64,000 nucleotides of DNA from an uncultured bacterium (GCA_963977015.1 CAXBMO010000024.1:1-64000); one strand, 5' to 3'; counted from the first letter of the stretch, positions 19,273 to 29,534 are shown. Program-made: numbers and translations. Notes: generated by a model from the letters alone, not told the origin.

Positions 19273-20837
19273 TAGTGTTCCGGATTCAACGCGGGCATCG
19301 TGGCCCATTCCGGCATGACGCCTGATTCAATGCCAAAAACGGCGCGACCGATCGTGTAAAAGAGGATCGTGACAACGACCACACCGATCAAGTTGATGAC
19401 GAGTCCTACCCGGACCATTTGGCCGATTTCAATGCGACCGCTACCGAACACAATCGCGTTGGGCGGTGTCGCCACCGGCATCATGAAGGCGCAGGAGGCG
19501 GATACGGTGGCGGGAACCATGAGGAGGAGCGGATGGACCTTCATGGCAACGGCAACGGAGGCGAGAATGGGCAGGATCATTTCGGTCGTGGCCGTGTTGG
19601 AGGTTAGCTCCGTAAGAAAAGTGATGGTCAGGCAAACCGCCAAAATGACGAGGAGGGGCGGAAGATCGCCCATCCCGCTGAATCCGCTGCCCACATACGT
19701 GGAAAGGCCTGACACGCCGAAGCCTTTGGCGAGCGCGAACCCACCACCGAACAAGAGAACAATGTGCCACGGCAACTTTTTGAAAACATCAACGTCGAGA
19801 ACGGCGCGATGCGGGCTGACGCTGGATTTGGACGGAAAGAGGAACAGACAAAGCGCCATGGCGATGGCGACGGTTCCATCGTCGAGGAAATTGGCGGTAG
19901 GGACGAGATTTGACCAACCGGGGACGGTGAATCCACCGAGCACGAGGTCTTTGCGGAAGACCCAGAGAATGGCGGTAAGGGCAAACACGATCGCGACAAC
20001 CTTTTCCTCGAACTTCATCACTCCCAACGCCTTGTGTTCATTGTGAATGACTTCGGGCGAGACTCGCAGGTCACTTGGATTCTTGAAGAAGACACGGGTG
20101 AGCAACAACCAGATGATCGTCAGCATGGTTACGGAGACCGGCACTCCAAAGAGCATCCATTGGCCGAACGAAAGCGGTTCGGCTTGCGGAAAGGTGATTT
20201 CGAAAATGCGCTGAAGTGAAAGGTTCGGCGGCGTTCCCACCAACGTCGCGATCCCACCGACGCTGGCGCCGTAAGCGATCCCGAGGAGAAGTGCCAACGT
20301 AAGGTTTTTGGTCTTCTCTTTGCCAAAGATGGCCTCCTGCTGCTTCACGATCGCCATGCCAATCGCAAGCATCATGATCGCTGTCGCCGTGTTCGAAATC
20401 CACATGGAGAGAAATGCCGAGGCGAGCATGAAGCTGAGAACGAGCCGCGAAGGCCCGCCGCCGATGATCTTGATGATGTTGAGCGCAATGCGCTTGTGCA
20501 AATCCCAACGCTCCATGGCCAGGGCGATCAGGAATCCGCCAATAAAGAGGAAAATGGTGCTGTTGAAGTAAATCGGCGCCGTCTCTTTGCCCGTGAGAAT
20601 GCCGAGGAGCGGAAAAAGCACCAAGGGAAGCAGGGCCGTCGCCGCGAGCGGAATCGCATCGGTGATCCACCAGGTCGCCATCAGCACGGCGACGGCCGCC
20701 ATGCGGGTAACGAGGGGATTGCCCGGTTGCAGATCAGAAAGAGCCAGGATCAGCAGGAAGAACCCAATCCCGAGCCAAAACCCGATTCGTTTAGCGTGTT
20801 GTAGGTTCGTTCGCAGTCGTTCTCCCAAGGTCGGCAT
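19272..20837 (-). CDS. SLC13/DASS sodium:dicarboxylate or sulfate symporter
   Basis: MWISNTAT, VGTPPN, ELTSNTAT, VATPPNAI. Confidence 0.93.
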   Translation of the reverse strand: MPTLGERLRTNLQHAKRIGFWLGIGFFLLILALSDLQPGNPLVTRMAAVAVLMATWWITDAIPLAATALLPLVLFPLLGILTGKETAPIYFNSTIFLFIGGFLIALAMERWDLHKRIALNIIKIIGGGPSRLVLSFMLASAFLSMWISNTATAIMMLAIGMAIVKQQEAIFGKEKTKNLTLALLLGIAYGASVGGIATLVGTPPNLSLQRIFEITFPQAEPLSFGQWMLFGVPVSVTMLTIIWLLLTRVFFKNPSDLRVSPEVIHNEHKALGVMKFEEKVVAIVFALTAILWVFRKDLVLGGFTVPGWSNLVPTANFLDDGTVAIAMALCLFLFPSKSSVSPHRAVLDVDVFKKLPWHIVLLFGGGFALAKGFGVSGLSTYVGSGFSGMGDLPPLLVILAVCLTITFLTELTSNTATTEMILPILASVAVAMKVHPLLLMVPATVSASCAFMMPVATPPNAIVFGSGRIEIGQMVRVGLVINLIGVVVVTILFYTIGRAVFGIESGVMPEWATMPALNPEH

Positions 20838-20880
20838 CTCCTGACCTTGGCAAGCTTCTATGATTTGGCAAGACTCTTGC

Positions 20881-21477
20881 TCACTGACCTAACGCGCCAA
20901 CCACCTTGCAGCCGTTTCCGCTGATCTCGAAGATCTCCAAACTGACTTTGATCGGGGCGCGCCGATACTGCTCAACAATCGAGACGGAGTAGTCCTCGAG
21001 GTTCCCGCCAAACTTGGGGAAAAGGAAGATGATGTTGCGATCAGGCACCAGGGCGAGAAACTCTTTGCCGAGCACAGACTTCATTCGCTCGTGAAGAGCC
21101 TCAGAGAAAATCACGCTGGAAACAAACGGATCGCGATCTTCAATCACGCCGTAAAGAATCACGCCCCGGCGGTCGCGAACCCAACGGGGTTCGATCTTTT
21201 TCGCGAGGGAGTCCGCAAGTTTCATGGCCTTGGGAAACACGTCCGGCCAGCCGAGCTTTTGCGCGTTCCACTCCTCTTCGGTGTAGCGATCCAACCCGTA
21301 TTTCGTGTTCAAGGCGGGAACCAACACCGTGGATTTGGCGCCATTGACCGGGTGGGCAATTTTCGGCGCGGCAAAGGAGGGTTCCAGGAGAACCCCAAGT
21401 TCTCCCTCCGATTGCGCGGCGGCAAATAATGGAAGGAGGAGCAATGAGAGAAGTGTTAGAGTTTTGCGTTGACCCAT
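20881..21477 (-). CDS. Exported hypothetical protein
   Basis: Signal peptide ending AAA-Q; divergent from ruvA. Confidence 0.65.
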   Translation of the reverse strand: MGQRKTLTLLSLLLLPLFAAAQSEGELGVLLEPSFAAPKIAHPVNGAKSTVLVPALNTKYGLDRYTEEEWNAQKLGWPDVFPKAMKLADSLAKKIEPRWVRDRRGVILYGVIEDRDPFVSSVIFSEALHERMKSVLGKEFLALVPDRNIIFLFPKFGGNLEDYSVSIVEQYRRAPIKVSLEIFEISGNGCKVVGALGQ

Positions 21478-21522
21478 GACATGAGGCGGTCGATTGGACG
21501 TGTTTGTGAATTCTTAGACGGT

Positions 21523-22128
21523 ATGATTACGTTTTTACGCGGCATTCTTCAGGACAATTTGTCGAGCCAGATCACTATTGATGTCAACGGCGTCGGTTAC
21601 GAAGTCAATGTGCCCCTGTCAAATTTAGAGCGATTGGGTCAGCCTGGCGAAACGATCACGATTCTGACCCACCTCCATATTCGGGAGCAGGACCATACAC
21701 TTTTTGGGTTTTGCACACCGGATGAACGGGATCTGTTCCGGCTTTTGATCAATCGGGTTTCCGGAGTCGGCCCCAAGGTGGCGATGGCAATTCTGAGCGG
21801 GATGGAGGTTCGCGATTTCAAGGCGGCAGTGGTGAACGGCGATATCCCGACCCTTTCCAAGATCAAGGGGCTTGGCAAAAAGACCGCCGAGCGGGTGGTT
21901 CTCGAATTGAAGGACAAAGTGGGGGTCGCCGCAGCCTGGGAAGCCGCAAGCGGAGCTCACACACCGAGCCCCGAGCAAGCCAAGCAAACCGACGCGATTT
22001 TGGCGCTCATTTCTCTGGGTTACAAGCAGGGCGAAGCGGCAAAGGCCGTTGCGGCTGTCGCCAAGAGTCGCGAAGGAGAGTTCGCGGTGGAGGAACTGGT
22101 GCGAGAATCCCTCCGACAACTCCAGTAG
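21523..22128 (+). CDS. ruvA: Holliday junction branch-migration protein RuvA
   Basis: DVNGVGYEV, LFGF, VSGVGPKVA, GLGKKTAERVVLELKDK, ALISLGY. Confidence 0.96.
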   Translation: MITFLRGILQDNLSSQITIDVNGVGYEVNVPLSNLERLGQPGETITILTHLHIREQDHTLFGFCTPDERDLFRLLINRVSGVGPKVAMAILSGMEVRDFKAAVVNGDIPTLSKIKGLGKKTAERVVLELKDKVGVAAAWEAASGAHTPSPEQAKQTDAILALISLGYKQGEAAKAVAAVAKSREGEFAVEELVRESLRQLQ

Positions 22129-22230
22129 ATCCCATTCCCCGCAAACCTCCGCTTGTGATCGCACTCTCTGTCGTTTAAATCGCGGTTTGTTGTCGTTTCG
22201 GGTGTTGCGGCGACTAAGCAATTTTGAACC

Positions 22231-23559
22231 ATGCCGGCTTTCCCCGACAGCGAAGCGATTGAGCGCATCCACAAAGCGATGCCACCCCAGGGTATGTTCG
22301 ACCAGAAGTCCTGGCGAACATCCGCGCGTCCTTTTCCGCTTTCCCCGGAAACGGTCGAGGAATTGCGCCGACTCGGACCGGTTTTGAACCGCTTTCAACG
22401 CACGTGTAATCTGATTTATCGCCGTAGCGTACTCGGTTCACTTCCCAGCTGGGTGCACGACTATCTCGATCGCGGCAAACCCAAGGCGTTGATCGAATTT
22501 GGGCGGGTCCGCTCGCTTTACGACACGGTTCCCAGTGTGATTCGCCCGGACTTGGTGCTGCGCAAAGACGGATTCGCCATCACCGAACTGGACACGGTTC
22601 CCGGCGGAATCGGCCTCACAGGTTGGCTGAACCAGACGTATTCCGAGCTGGGTTACAATGTGATTGGCGGGGCAACCGGAATGACGGATGGCTTCGCTAA
22701 AATGTTTCCGAAAGGCGCCGATATCGTCATTTCAGAAGAAGCTGGCGACTATCGGCCGGAAATGGAGTGGCTCGCCAATCAATTGGGTTCCGAAACCTGG
22801 CAGCTCCATCAAGCCGAAACCTACGAACCTCGCGATGTTCCGATTTACCGGTTTTTCGAGCTATTCGACCTTGGAAACGTCCCCTTCGCCCAGCGAATCA
22901 TCGAGACTCGCGCCAACGCGGTCGCCGTCAACCCGCCGATGAAGGCTTACCTGGAGGAGAAACTTTGGCTGGCGCTCTTCTGGTTGCAACCGCTTCAAGA
23001 TGTTTGGCGACGCGAACTGCGGGCAAGCAATTGGACTTGGCTGCAGGAGCGAATTCCCTACAGCTGGGTTGTCGATTCGACGCCCATTCCGCATCACGCG
23101 GTGCTGCCGAGATTGGGAATTCGAGACTTTCACGAGTTGGCCGGGTTCAGTCAGAAAAAGCGCGACCTCGTCCTCAAAATCAGCGGCTTCTCGGATCGCG
23201 CCTGGGGAAGCCGGGGGGTTCACATGGCGATGGACCTTCCTCTCGATGAGTGGGCGGATGCGATTCGGGAAGCGACCGACTCCTTTCCCCACCATCCCTA
23301 CATTCTGCAGGAATTCCGGAAAGGGCGAAAGGTTGAGCATCCTTATTATGATGAAGTTGCCGGTAAAACCGTCACGATGACCGGCCGAGTCCGCCTTTGT
23401 CCGTATTACTTTGTGCCGGGAAATGATCAAGGCCGGTCAACGGGCCGGCCCCAGTTGGGCGGCGTCATGGCGACGATCTGCCCGGAAGACAAAAAGATTC
23501 TGCACGGAATGTCCGATGCGATCATCGTTCCCTGTATTGAAGCAGAGAACGGATACTAA
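22231..23559 (+). CDS. Circularly permuted ATP-grasp-like protein (glutathionylspermidine-synthase-like fold), function unknown
   Basis: RPDL....F.ITELD..PGG, VLK...AWGSRGV, YILQEF. Confidence 0.6.
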   Translation: MPAFPDSEAIERIHKAMPPQGMFDQKSWRTSARPFPLSPETVEELRRLGPVLNRFQRTCNLIYRRSVLGSLPSWVHDYLDRGKPKALIEFGRVRSLYDTVPSVIRPDLVLRKDGFAITELDTVPGGIGLTGWLNQTYSELGYNVIGGATGMTDGFAKMFPKGADIVISEEAGDYRPEMEWLANQLGSETWQLHQAETYEPRDVPIYRFFELFDLGNVPFAQRIIETRANAVAVNPPMKAYLEEKLWLALFWLQPLQDVWRRELRASNWTWLQERIPYSWVVDSTPIPHHAVLPRLGIRDFHELAGFSQKKRDLVLKISGFSDRAWGSRGVHMAMDLPLDEWADAIREATDSFPHHPYILQEFRKGRKVEHPYYDEVAGKTVTMTGRVRLCPYYFVPGNDQGRSTGRPQLGGVMATICPEDKKILHGMSDAIIVPCIEAENGY

Positions 23560-23629
23560 TTGTCGCTTCTGACCTTGTCAGGAGATGGAACTTGCCTAGC
23601 ATGGCACCCAATCAAATCCGCTGACGCCA

Positions 23630-24385
23630 ATGAATCGTAAACTCGCCCTGCTCGTTCCCGCTCTGGGAGCCGCCATTCTCCTTCTCACCGCAGCTGACAA
23701 TGAGCATGCAACATGGAGCTACTCCGGAGAAACAGGTCCACTGTTTTGGGGTGAGTTGGACCCGGCTTACGTGCTTTGTAAGACCGGGACGACCCAATCT
23801 CCCATCGATATTACAGGCGCGGAAAGCAAGGAAGGCTCGCCACTGGAGTTTCACTACGAAACCAGCACGATGAATGTGATCAACAACGGTCACACCATTC
23901 AGCAAAACTACGATCCCGGCAGCTTTGTGATTTATAACTCGAAACGCTTCAACTTGAAGCAATTCCACTTTCATCGGAAGAGTGAGCATACCGTTGAGGG
24001 CAAACACTTCGCCATGGAAATGCACTTGGTTCACGTAGCTGGCGATGGCGAACTTCTCGTCGTTGGCGTTCTGCTGAAGCCAGGGCCCAAAAGTGAATTT
24101 CTCAGCCACTTTTGGCCACATCTTCCCGGAAAGGCCGGGGTTGTCGCAAAGTCCGAGAACGTCACCATCGACATCAACAAGGCGCTACCGGAAAACTCTG
24201 CCTTGTATTCCTACAAAGGCTCTTTGACGACACCACCAGGAAGCGAGGGGGTGAACTGGTTTGTCTTTGCCGAGCCGCAGACCATTTCAGTGGGTCAGGC
24301 GATCAAGTTTTACCGCCTGTATCCGCACAACTACCGCCCGGTTCAACCCCTGAACGATCGGGAAATCTCCATTTGGAATCCGTAG
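23630..24385 (+). CDS. Periplasmic alpha-carbonic anhydrase
   Basis: WSY.G..GP..W, QSPID, NNGHT, QFHFH...EH, EMHLVH, GSLTTPP, NYRPVQ. Confidence 0.95.
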   Translation: MNRKLALLVPALGAAILLLTAADNEHATWSYSGETGPLFWGELDPAYVLCKTGTTQSPIDITGAESKEGSPLEFHYETSTMNVINNGHTIQQNYDPGSFVIYNSKRFNLKQFHFHRKSEHTVEGKHFAMEMHLVHVAGDGELLVVGVLLKPGPKSEFLSHFWPHLPGKAGVVAKSENVTIDINKALPENSALYSYKGSLTTPPGSEGVNWFVFAEPQTISVGQAIKFYRLYPHNYRPVQPLNDREISIWNP

Positions 24386-24392
24386 CACGCCC

Positions 24393-24722
24393 ATGGCCTA
24401 TGTTTACCTTTTCGTGGCAATCATCACGGAAGTCATCGCTACCTCCGCGTTAAGAGCCTCGGAATCGTTCACCAAACTGTGGCCAAGCATCACCGTCGTT
24501 CTCGGCTACGGGACGTCTTTCTACCTGCTCAGCCACGTCCTCAAATCGATCCCGGTCGGAGTGGCGTATGCGATCTGGTCGGGTGTTGGGATTGTCCTGA
24601 TCACCGTGGTTGGGATCCGTCTGTTTCAACAAATCCCGGATGTGCCCGCGCTTATCGGGATGGGGCTGATCATTGCCGGCGTGGTCGTGATCCACCTGTT
24701 TTCCGACACCATGCCGCATTAG
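24393..24722 (+). CDS. SMR-family small multidrug efflux transporter (EmrE/QacE-like)
   Basis: 109 aa, 4 TM, AIITEV, PVGVAYAIWSGVG. Confidence 0.93.
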   Translation: MAYVYLFVAIITEVIATSALRASESFTKLWPSITVVLGYGTSFYLLSHVLKSIPVGVAYAIWSGVGIVLITVVGIRLFQQIPDVPALIGMGLIIAGVVVIHLFSDTMPH

Positions 24723-24737
24723 CGGCGCTAACGAGCC

Positions 24738-25616
24738 CTACTGGACGTTCTGAACCTGCTCGCGGATCTTCTCCAATTCCGTTTTCGCCTCAACAACGTG
24801 CTGGGCAATGGCTGCATCGTTGGCCTTTGAGCCAATCGTATTGAGTTCTCGATTTACCTCCTGACAGAGAAAATCCATGGACCTTCCAGTTGCCCCTTCG
24901 CTGTCAAAATACTTTCGGAACTGGACAAAGTGGCTTTCCAATCGAGTCAGCTCCTCGGAAATGTCGCAACGCTCGGCATAAACCGAAAACTCTTTGAGAA
25001 TGCGATCGTCCTCCAGTGGAAGATCGAGCCCCGCGTCGGCCAACCGGCGCTGAAGTTGGGCCCGATAATGCACCTTTACCTTGGGAGCCAGATCGGCGAC
25101 TGCCCTGGTGATATCCTGCAGTTTCTGCAACCGGGCAACGAGATCGTTTTGGAGCGCGGCGCCCTCCGCGTCCTGCATTTCCAACAGTTGTTGGAAGGCA
25201 TTGGTCAGAGCATCCTCCAGCAACGGCTCCACGTCTCCAACTGCAACTTCCGTTTCTTTCACCGTAAACACTCCCGGTGCTCGCAAAAGATCCGCCGGAC
25301 TCAACGAAATCGTGTTGTTGCCCCAAATCTGGTTGAGCAGCTTGATCGCCTGAAAATACTCGGAAGCAAGGTTGTCATCCACCTCCAGCTTGGAACTGCT
25401 CCCACCCATGGGCTCAATCTGGATGTGAACCGCGACTCTTCCCCGGGAAACGTGCTCGGTAATCGCCCGTTTTACCATGGGTTCCAGTTCGGCCAACGTT
25501 CGCGGAATATTGACGACGATATCGGCCTGCTTCCGGTTCACCGCCGACATTTCCACGGTGAGCTTCACCGAATTGGATGAAGCTTCGCCGCTTCCGTAGC
25601 CAGTCATACTTCTCAT
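24738..25616 (-). CDS. yicC: YicC/YloC-family endoribonuclease
   Basis: MRSMTGYG, RGRV, DISEELTRL, QEVNRELNTIGSK, EKIREQVQN. Confidence 0.93.
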   Translation of the reverse strand: MRSMTGYGSGEASSNSVKLTVEMSAVNRKQADIVVNIPRTLAELEPMVKRAITEHVSRGRVAVHIQIEPMGGSSSKLEVDDNLASEYFQAIKLLNQIWGNNTISLSPADLLRAPGVFTVKETEVAVGDVEPLLEDALTNAFQQLLEMQDAEGAALQNDLVARLQKLQDITRAVADLAPKVKVHYRAQLQRRLADAGLDLPLEDDRILKEFSVYAERCDISEELTRLESHFVQFRKYFDSEGATGRSMDFLCQEVNRELNTIGSKANDAAIAQHVVEAKTELEKIREQVQNVQ

Positions 25617-25683
25617 GGAAAATCAGTTATGAAGGTTGATGAACAGAGAGGCAAGGCTAATTGGGAGTGCACGTTGAGCAGCG

Positions 25684-26208
25684 TCATAGAATCGGATCGG
25701 GGCAAACATCTCTTCGCCCGCAATCCCGGCAAAAGTCGCCGATGTAGAGTTCGTCAAACCATTCCATCAGTCGCGAAACCGTCGCTGGGTCATCCGTCAG
25801 AAATCCGCTTTCGAAATTCCGGCGATTGGGTCGTTTCGCCCCCATCCCGGCACCGGTAAGGTTAGCCGACCCGACAAACGCGATTTTCCCATCGATCAGC
25901 ACAACCTTGGAATGATTTCTCGGGCAAAGCACCCTTTCAAATCGATCGCCGTGAATCAGTTCGGGAAACCGGTCAAAGTCTTCCCGAAAGCGAATTCCCG
26001 GCTCCTTCGCATGAATCAACCTGACATCGACGCCGTTCTTCACCAAGTCAGCAAAGACCGCCAGGATGGAGTCATATTTCTTCCTCCGGTGTTCGACGTG
26101 CATGTCCTTGATATCAGCAGTTGCGATCCAGAGATACTTCTCTGCGGAGGGAAGCAGTTGCTGGATGACACGGTCGTAGATTTGCTCATTCAGGAGGAGT
26201 TCGTGCAT
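25684..26208 (-). CDS. Single-HKD phospholipase D/Nuc-like protein with C-terminal Cys cluster
   Basis: HSKVVLID....FVGSANLT, NFESG; CRDCGRRDVCP tail. Confidence 0.8.
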   Translation of the reverse strand: MHELLLNEQIYDRVIQQLLPSAEKYLWIATADIKDMHVEHRRKKYDSILAVFADLVKNGVDVRLIHAKEPGIRFREDFDRFPELIHGDRFERVLCPRNHSKVVLIDGKIAFVGSANLTGAGMGAKRPNRRNFESGFLTDDPATVSRLMEWFDELYIGDFCRDCGRRDVCPDPIL

Positions 26209-26409
26209 TGTGGTTGGGCGTGGCGTAGAACGTTTTCCTCCGCGCCGTTGTCCAGCGGAATTTTGAGTTTGTTAGTCGATTGTGCCAATCTGGTAACACT
26301 GGCAAATTCCAGAAATTGTCAATTCCAGCATGTAATAAAGACTTGTTAATCTCCAAAGCCCTCGCTACGATCGTCCTCACACAGCCACAACGTTACGCCA
26401 GCTCAACCC

Positions 26410-28002
26410 ATGCCTAATTCACAGGACGCGCTCACCCAACTGGACCAACTTCGCACCGTCAATCATCACCTCCGGGCCGCTCTCGATCAGGTGGATGAAG
26501 CGGTGGTGATCATTGGCGCCGCTCCCCTTGACGCGCCGGGACCGCGCATCTTTTTTGCCAATCGCAAAGCGGCGGAACTTACGGGGTATCCCGAAGAGAA
26601 GCTGATTGGTTCTCCCATCGGATTGATTTACGAAGGCGATCGGCTCACCGACCTTCTCGCCAAACTCCCAATTGTTGCCGAACAGAAACGAACGTTTCAG
26701 ACGGACAAGCAATTGAAGACCAAAAGCGGAGAACTGCTCGCTTGCCGTTGGACATTGAGCGCCATGAGCGACAAGTCGGGAACGCCGCTGAACTACACCC
26801 TGGCCTTTCGAGAACGCACGGAACGAACCGTTGTTCCCGGTCCCGGCACCGCAGGGGGCGACACCCGGAAAGGACATGACCCCATTGAACAAAGTCGAGC
26901 CGAATCCCTCGCATTGCTAACCGGTGGTGTGGCGCACGACTTCAACAACGTTCTAACCTCCGTGCAGGCCAACTTGTCGTTGGCCCGACTCGGAACCAGT
27001 ATCTCAAGCGACATTCGCAAGCACATTGACGATGCCGTTGCGGCGGCAGAAAGCGCCCAGGCCCTCACCAAGCAATTGCTGGGCTTCGCCAAAGGCCGCT
27101 CACAAAAACGCCAAAAGCATGATCTTGGCCAACTCATCAAGCGATCGGCAAGACTCGCAACGATGGGATCCAATATCCGCTGGGATCTCAGCATCGCGTC
27201 CTCGATCCGCAGCGTCGAAGTGGAGGAAACGCAAATCGTCCAGATCTTCAATAATTTGCTCATCAACGCACGCCAGGCCATGCCCGCAGGCGGAGTGATT
27301 CAAATTGGGTGTGAGAACATCGACGTCACACCAGACATGGGCCTCAAGGTGAAACCTGGGCCGTATGTCGTCGCAACCGTTCGCGATCGGGGAACGGGAA
27401 TTCCCGAGGATCAATTGTCGAAAATCTTTGAGCCTTACTTCACCACCAAGCCGGAAGGTAGTGGGTTGGGCCTGGCAACCTGCTATTCCGCAGTTCAGAA
27501 GCACGAAGGAACGATTACGGTCCGCTCAAAGGTCAACGTTGGCACTGAATTCAACATCTATTTACCCGCAGTATCCGCCACCTCGGAACCGTCAAGCATC
27601 GAGCCCCCGCGAATCATCCCGGGAGATGGATCAATCCTCGTCGTCGATGATCAGGACGGAGTCCGCGAAGTGGCCGTTCAGATTCTGGAGCGACTCGGTT
27701 ATGACGCCATTTCAGCGACGGACGGAGAAGAGGCCTTGCGACTCTACATGAAGCGGATGCACAGCGGTGAGCCCATTTCTGCAATTTTGATGGACATGAC
27801 ATTGCCGGGAGGAATGAGCGGAGACGAAACTCTCCGCGAGATTCGGCGATTGGATCCCAACGTTCGCTCCATTGCGACAAGCGGCTATTTTGAAGAGGAT
27901 GCTGAGGACGATTTGCGAGAACGCGGTTACAAAGCGATGCTCCCCAAGCCTTACACCGCCGAGGGACTATCGGTTGCCCTGCAGTCCGCTCTCACGTCTT
28001 AA
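26410..28002 (+). CDS. Soluble PAS-domain hybrid sensor histidine kinase with receiver domain
   Basis: PAS (FANR..ELTGY), GVAHDFNN, NLLINA, FTTK..GSGLGL, LVVDD, MDMTLP, KP. Confidence 0.93.
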   Translation: MPNSQDALTQLDQLRTVNHHLRAALDQVDEAVVIIGAAPLDAPGPRIFFANRKAAELTGYPEEKLIGSPIGLIYEGDRLTDLLAKLPIVAEQKRTFQTDKQLKTKSGELLACRWTLSAMSDKSGTPLNYTLAFRERTERTVVPGPGTAGGDTRKGHDPIEQSRAESLALLTGGVAHDFNNVLTSVQANLSLARLGTSISSDIRKHIDDAVAAAESAQALTKQLLGFAKGRSQKRQKHDLGQLIKRSARLATMGSNIRWDLSIASSIRSVEVEETQIVQIFNNLLINARQAMPAGGVIQIGCENIDVTPDMGLKVKPGPYVVATVRDRGTGIPEDQLSKIFEPYFTTKPEGSGLGLATCYSAVQKHEGTITVRSKVNVGTEFNIYLPAVSATSEPSSIEPPRIIPGDGSILVVDDQDGVREVAVQILERLGYDAISATDGEEALRLYMKRMHSGEPISAILMDMTLPGGMSGDETLREIRRLDPNVRSIATSGYFEEDAEDDLRERGYKAMLPKPYTAEGLSVALQSALTS

Positions 28003-28018
28003 CCCAGAATTCGCAGCA

Positions 28019-28279
28019 TTGCCGCGCCTGCTCCAACTTGTTCTCGTCATCGTCGGGATCGGATTGACAGGAATCCTCGCTGAGGAGGTGATTCCGGAAT
28101 CGCCGACTCGCGATCAGCAGAAGGAAGAGGTCGCGAGTGCCGGGATCAGCACGGTTGTAAAAATCGTGATCGTCCTCCTGCTCTTTTTTGTGATGAGCGC
28201 GATGCGAACCCTGAGCAGAAAGAAGCTGGAACGAACTCGACAGCGCCGGGTGAAACCCTGGGAAGACTCAGGAAAATAG
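28019..28279 (+). CDS. Small membrane protein (TTG start assumed)
   Basis: Signal-like N-terminus, second hydrophobic helix, basic tail. Confidence 0.5.
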   Translation: MPRLLQLVLVIVGIGLTGILAEEVIPESPTRDQQKEEVASAGISTVVKIVIVLLLFFVMSAMRTLSRKKLERTRQRRVKPWEDSGK

Positions 28280-28308
28280 GGCTTGAATAAGAGCCCCGGA
28301 AAATCCGC

Positions 28309-28665
28309 TCAGCCCGCGGTGATATCCACAGCGGTGAATCCCGCGAACTTCACGAAAACCCGATCGTGGCTGACGACACTGCTGAAATTTTGGTTGGCAG
28401 GAACCGTAAACCAGTAGACTTGATCGCGATGATCTTGAACGGCGATTCGGCGGGTTTCTGAATTCGAATCAATGATGCTTCCCTGCACGTGACGAACTCC
28501 CCCCTGAACCACGGGCACCCGCAAATTCGACGGAGCAGTAACGCCCTTCGGATGATTCTTGTAAAAGCTCTCCCCGTATTCTTCACCTGCTGCCATGAAA
28601 ACGCCACCAAACAGGCAGGCGGCGGCAGAAAGGGCAAAAATAGGTGTCGTTGAGATCAGGCGCAT
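28309..28665 (-). CDS. Small exported hypothetical protein
   Basis: Signal-like N-terminus; beta-rich C-terminal domain. Confidence 0.55.
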   Translation of the reverse strand: MRLISTTPIFALSAAACLFGGVFMAAGEEYGESFYKNHPKGVTAPSNLRVPVVQGGVRHVQGSIIDSNSETRRIAVQDHRDQVYWFTVPANQNFSSVVSHDRVFVKFAGFTAVDITAG

Positions 28666-28822
28666 CGTTTTCGTTATGAATATTAGAAAATATCGATCTT
28701 TCCGAACGAAGATCAAGGTCCTGATCAATAAATCTTCACTTTTCGAACGATTTTCGTTGCGCACCTTAAAACCTGTGCACAGAACCGCGAATCCAGCAAA
28801 AACCGCAACTCAGAAATAATAA

Positions 28823-29509
28823 TCAGCGCCCAAACATCCCGAAATCGGAGGTCGGGATGCCTTTCATGCGCTGAAAGTTTTGGAAGGTCATTAACCCGAT
28901 GAGCACGGCAACGAAGGTTAAACCATTGAGAAAAGCCAGAATGGCAACGGCGACGCCAAATCCGACACTCACCTTCAACGCCAACTGCGTTCGAGATGGG
29001 CCCATTGCAGCAAACAACACCCTCCCACCATCCAGCGGATAAATGGGAATGAGGTTGAGGATCGACCACCAGAGATTGGCCATCAAGAGGTAGAACAGGA
29101 ACGAAAGAACGTATTTCGAGGTGTTCTCAGTCACGCTGATTACCCCGAACTCCAACAGGAGCTTTACGGCTCCGTAGAGCATGAGCCCGAAAGCCGGCCC
29201 CGCGAGACTGACAATAATGTCCTGCTTTCTGGCAGCCCACGAATGGTGACCTCCAAATCCGGGCGCGGAGGCGTATCCGCCAAATGCCTGAAGCACAATG
29301 CGTGGCTGGTGTCCGTAACGACGCATGGCAAATGCGTGCCCCAGTTCATGCCAAAGCACGGAAACAAAAACCACCACCAACCAAACCAGCAGTTTGGGCA
29401 ACGCATCCGGACTTCCGTCCAGGAGCAGTCTGGAATTCAGCAGCGCAGCGGTAAGCCAGAACCACCAGAGGACACGAACAGGAAAGCCGAATATGCCGAA
29501 GTTAAACAT
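28823..29509 (-). CDS. M50-family site-2 intramembrane metalloprotease
   Basis: HELGH, SLAGP, NLIPIYPLDGG. Confidence 0.92.
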   Translation of the reverse strand: MFNFGIFGFPVRVLWWFWLTAALLNSRLLLDGSPDALPKLLVWLVVVFVSVLWHELGHAFAMRRYGHQPRIVLQAFGGYASAPGFGGHHSWAARKQDIIVSLAGPAFGLMLYGAVKLLLEFGVISVTENTSKYVLSFLFYLLMANLWWSILNLIPIYPLDGGRVLFAAMGPSRTQLALKVSVGFGVAVAILAFLNGLTFVAVLIGLMTFQNFQRMKGIPTSDFGMFGR

Positions 29510-29534
29510 GGGTAGCGTCCGGGATTTCGCTCAC

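Noticed and set aside
26300-26330. AATTCCAG direct repeat and TGGCA as a sigma54 or regulator site before the kinase
   Set aside because: No TTGC at the -12 position, and the repeat is too short to distinguish from chance.
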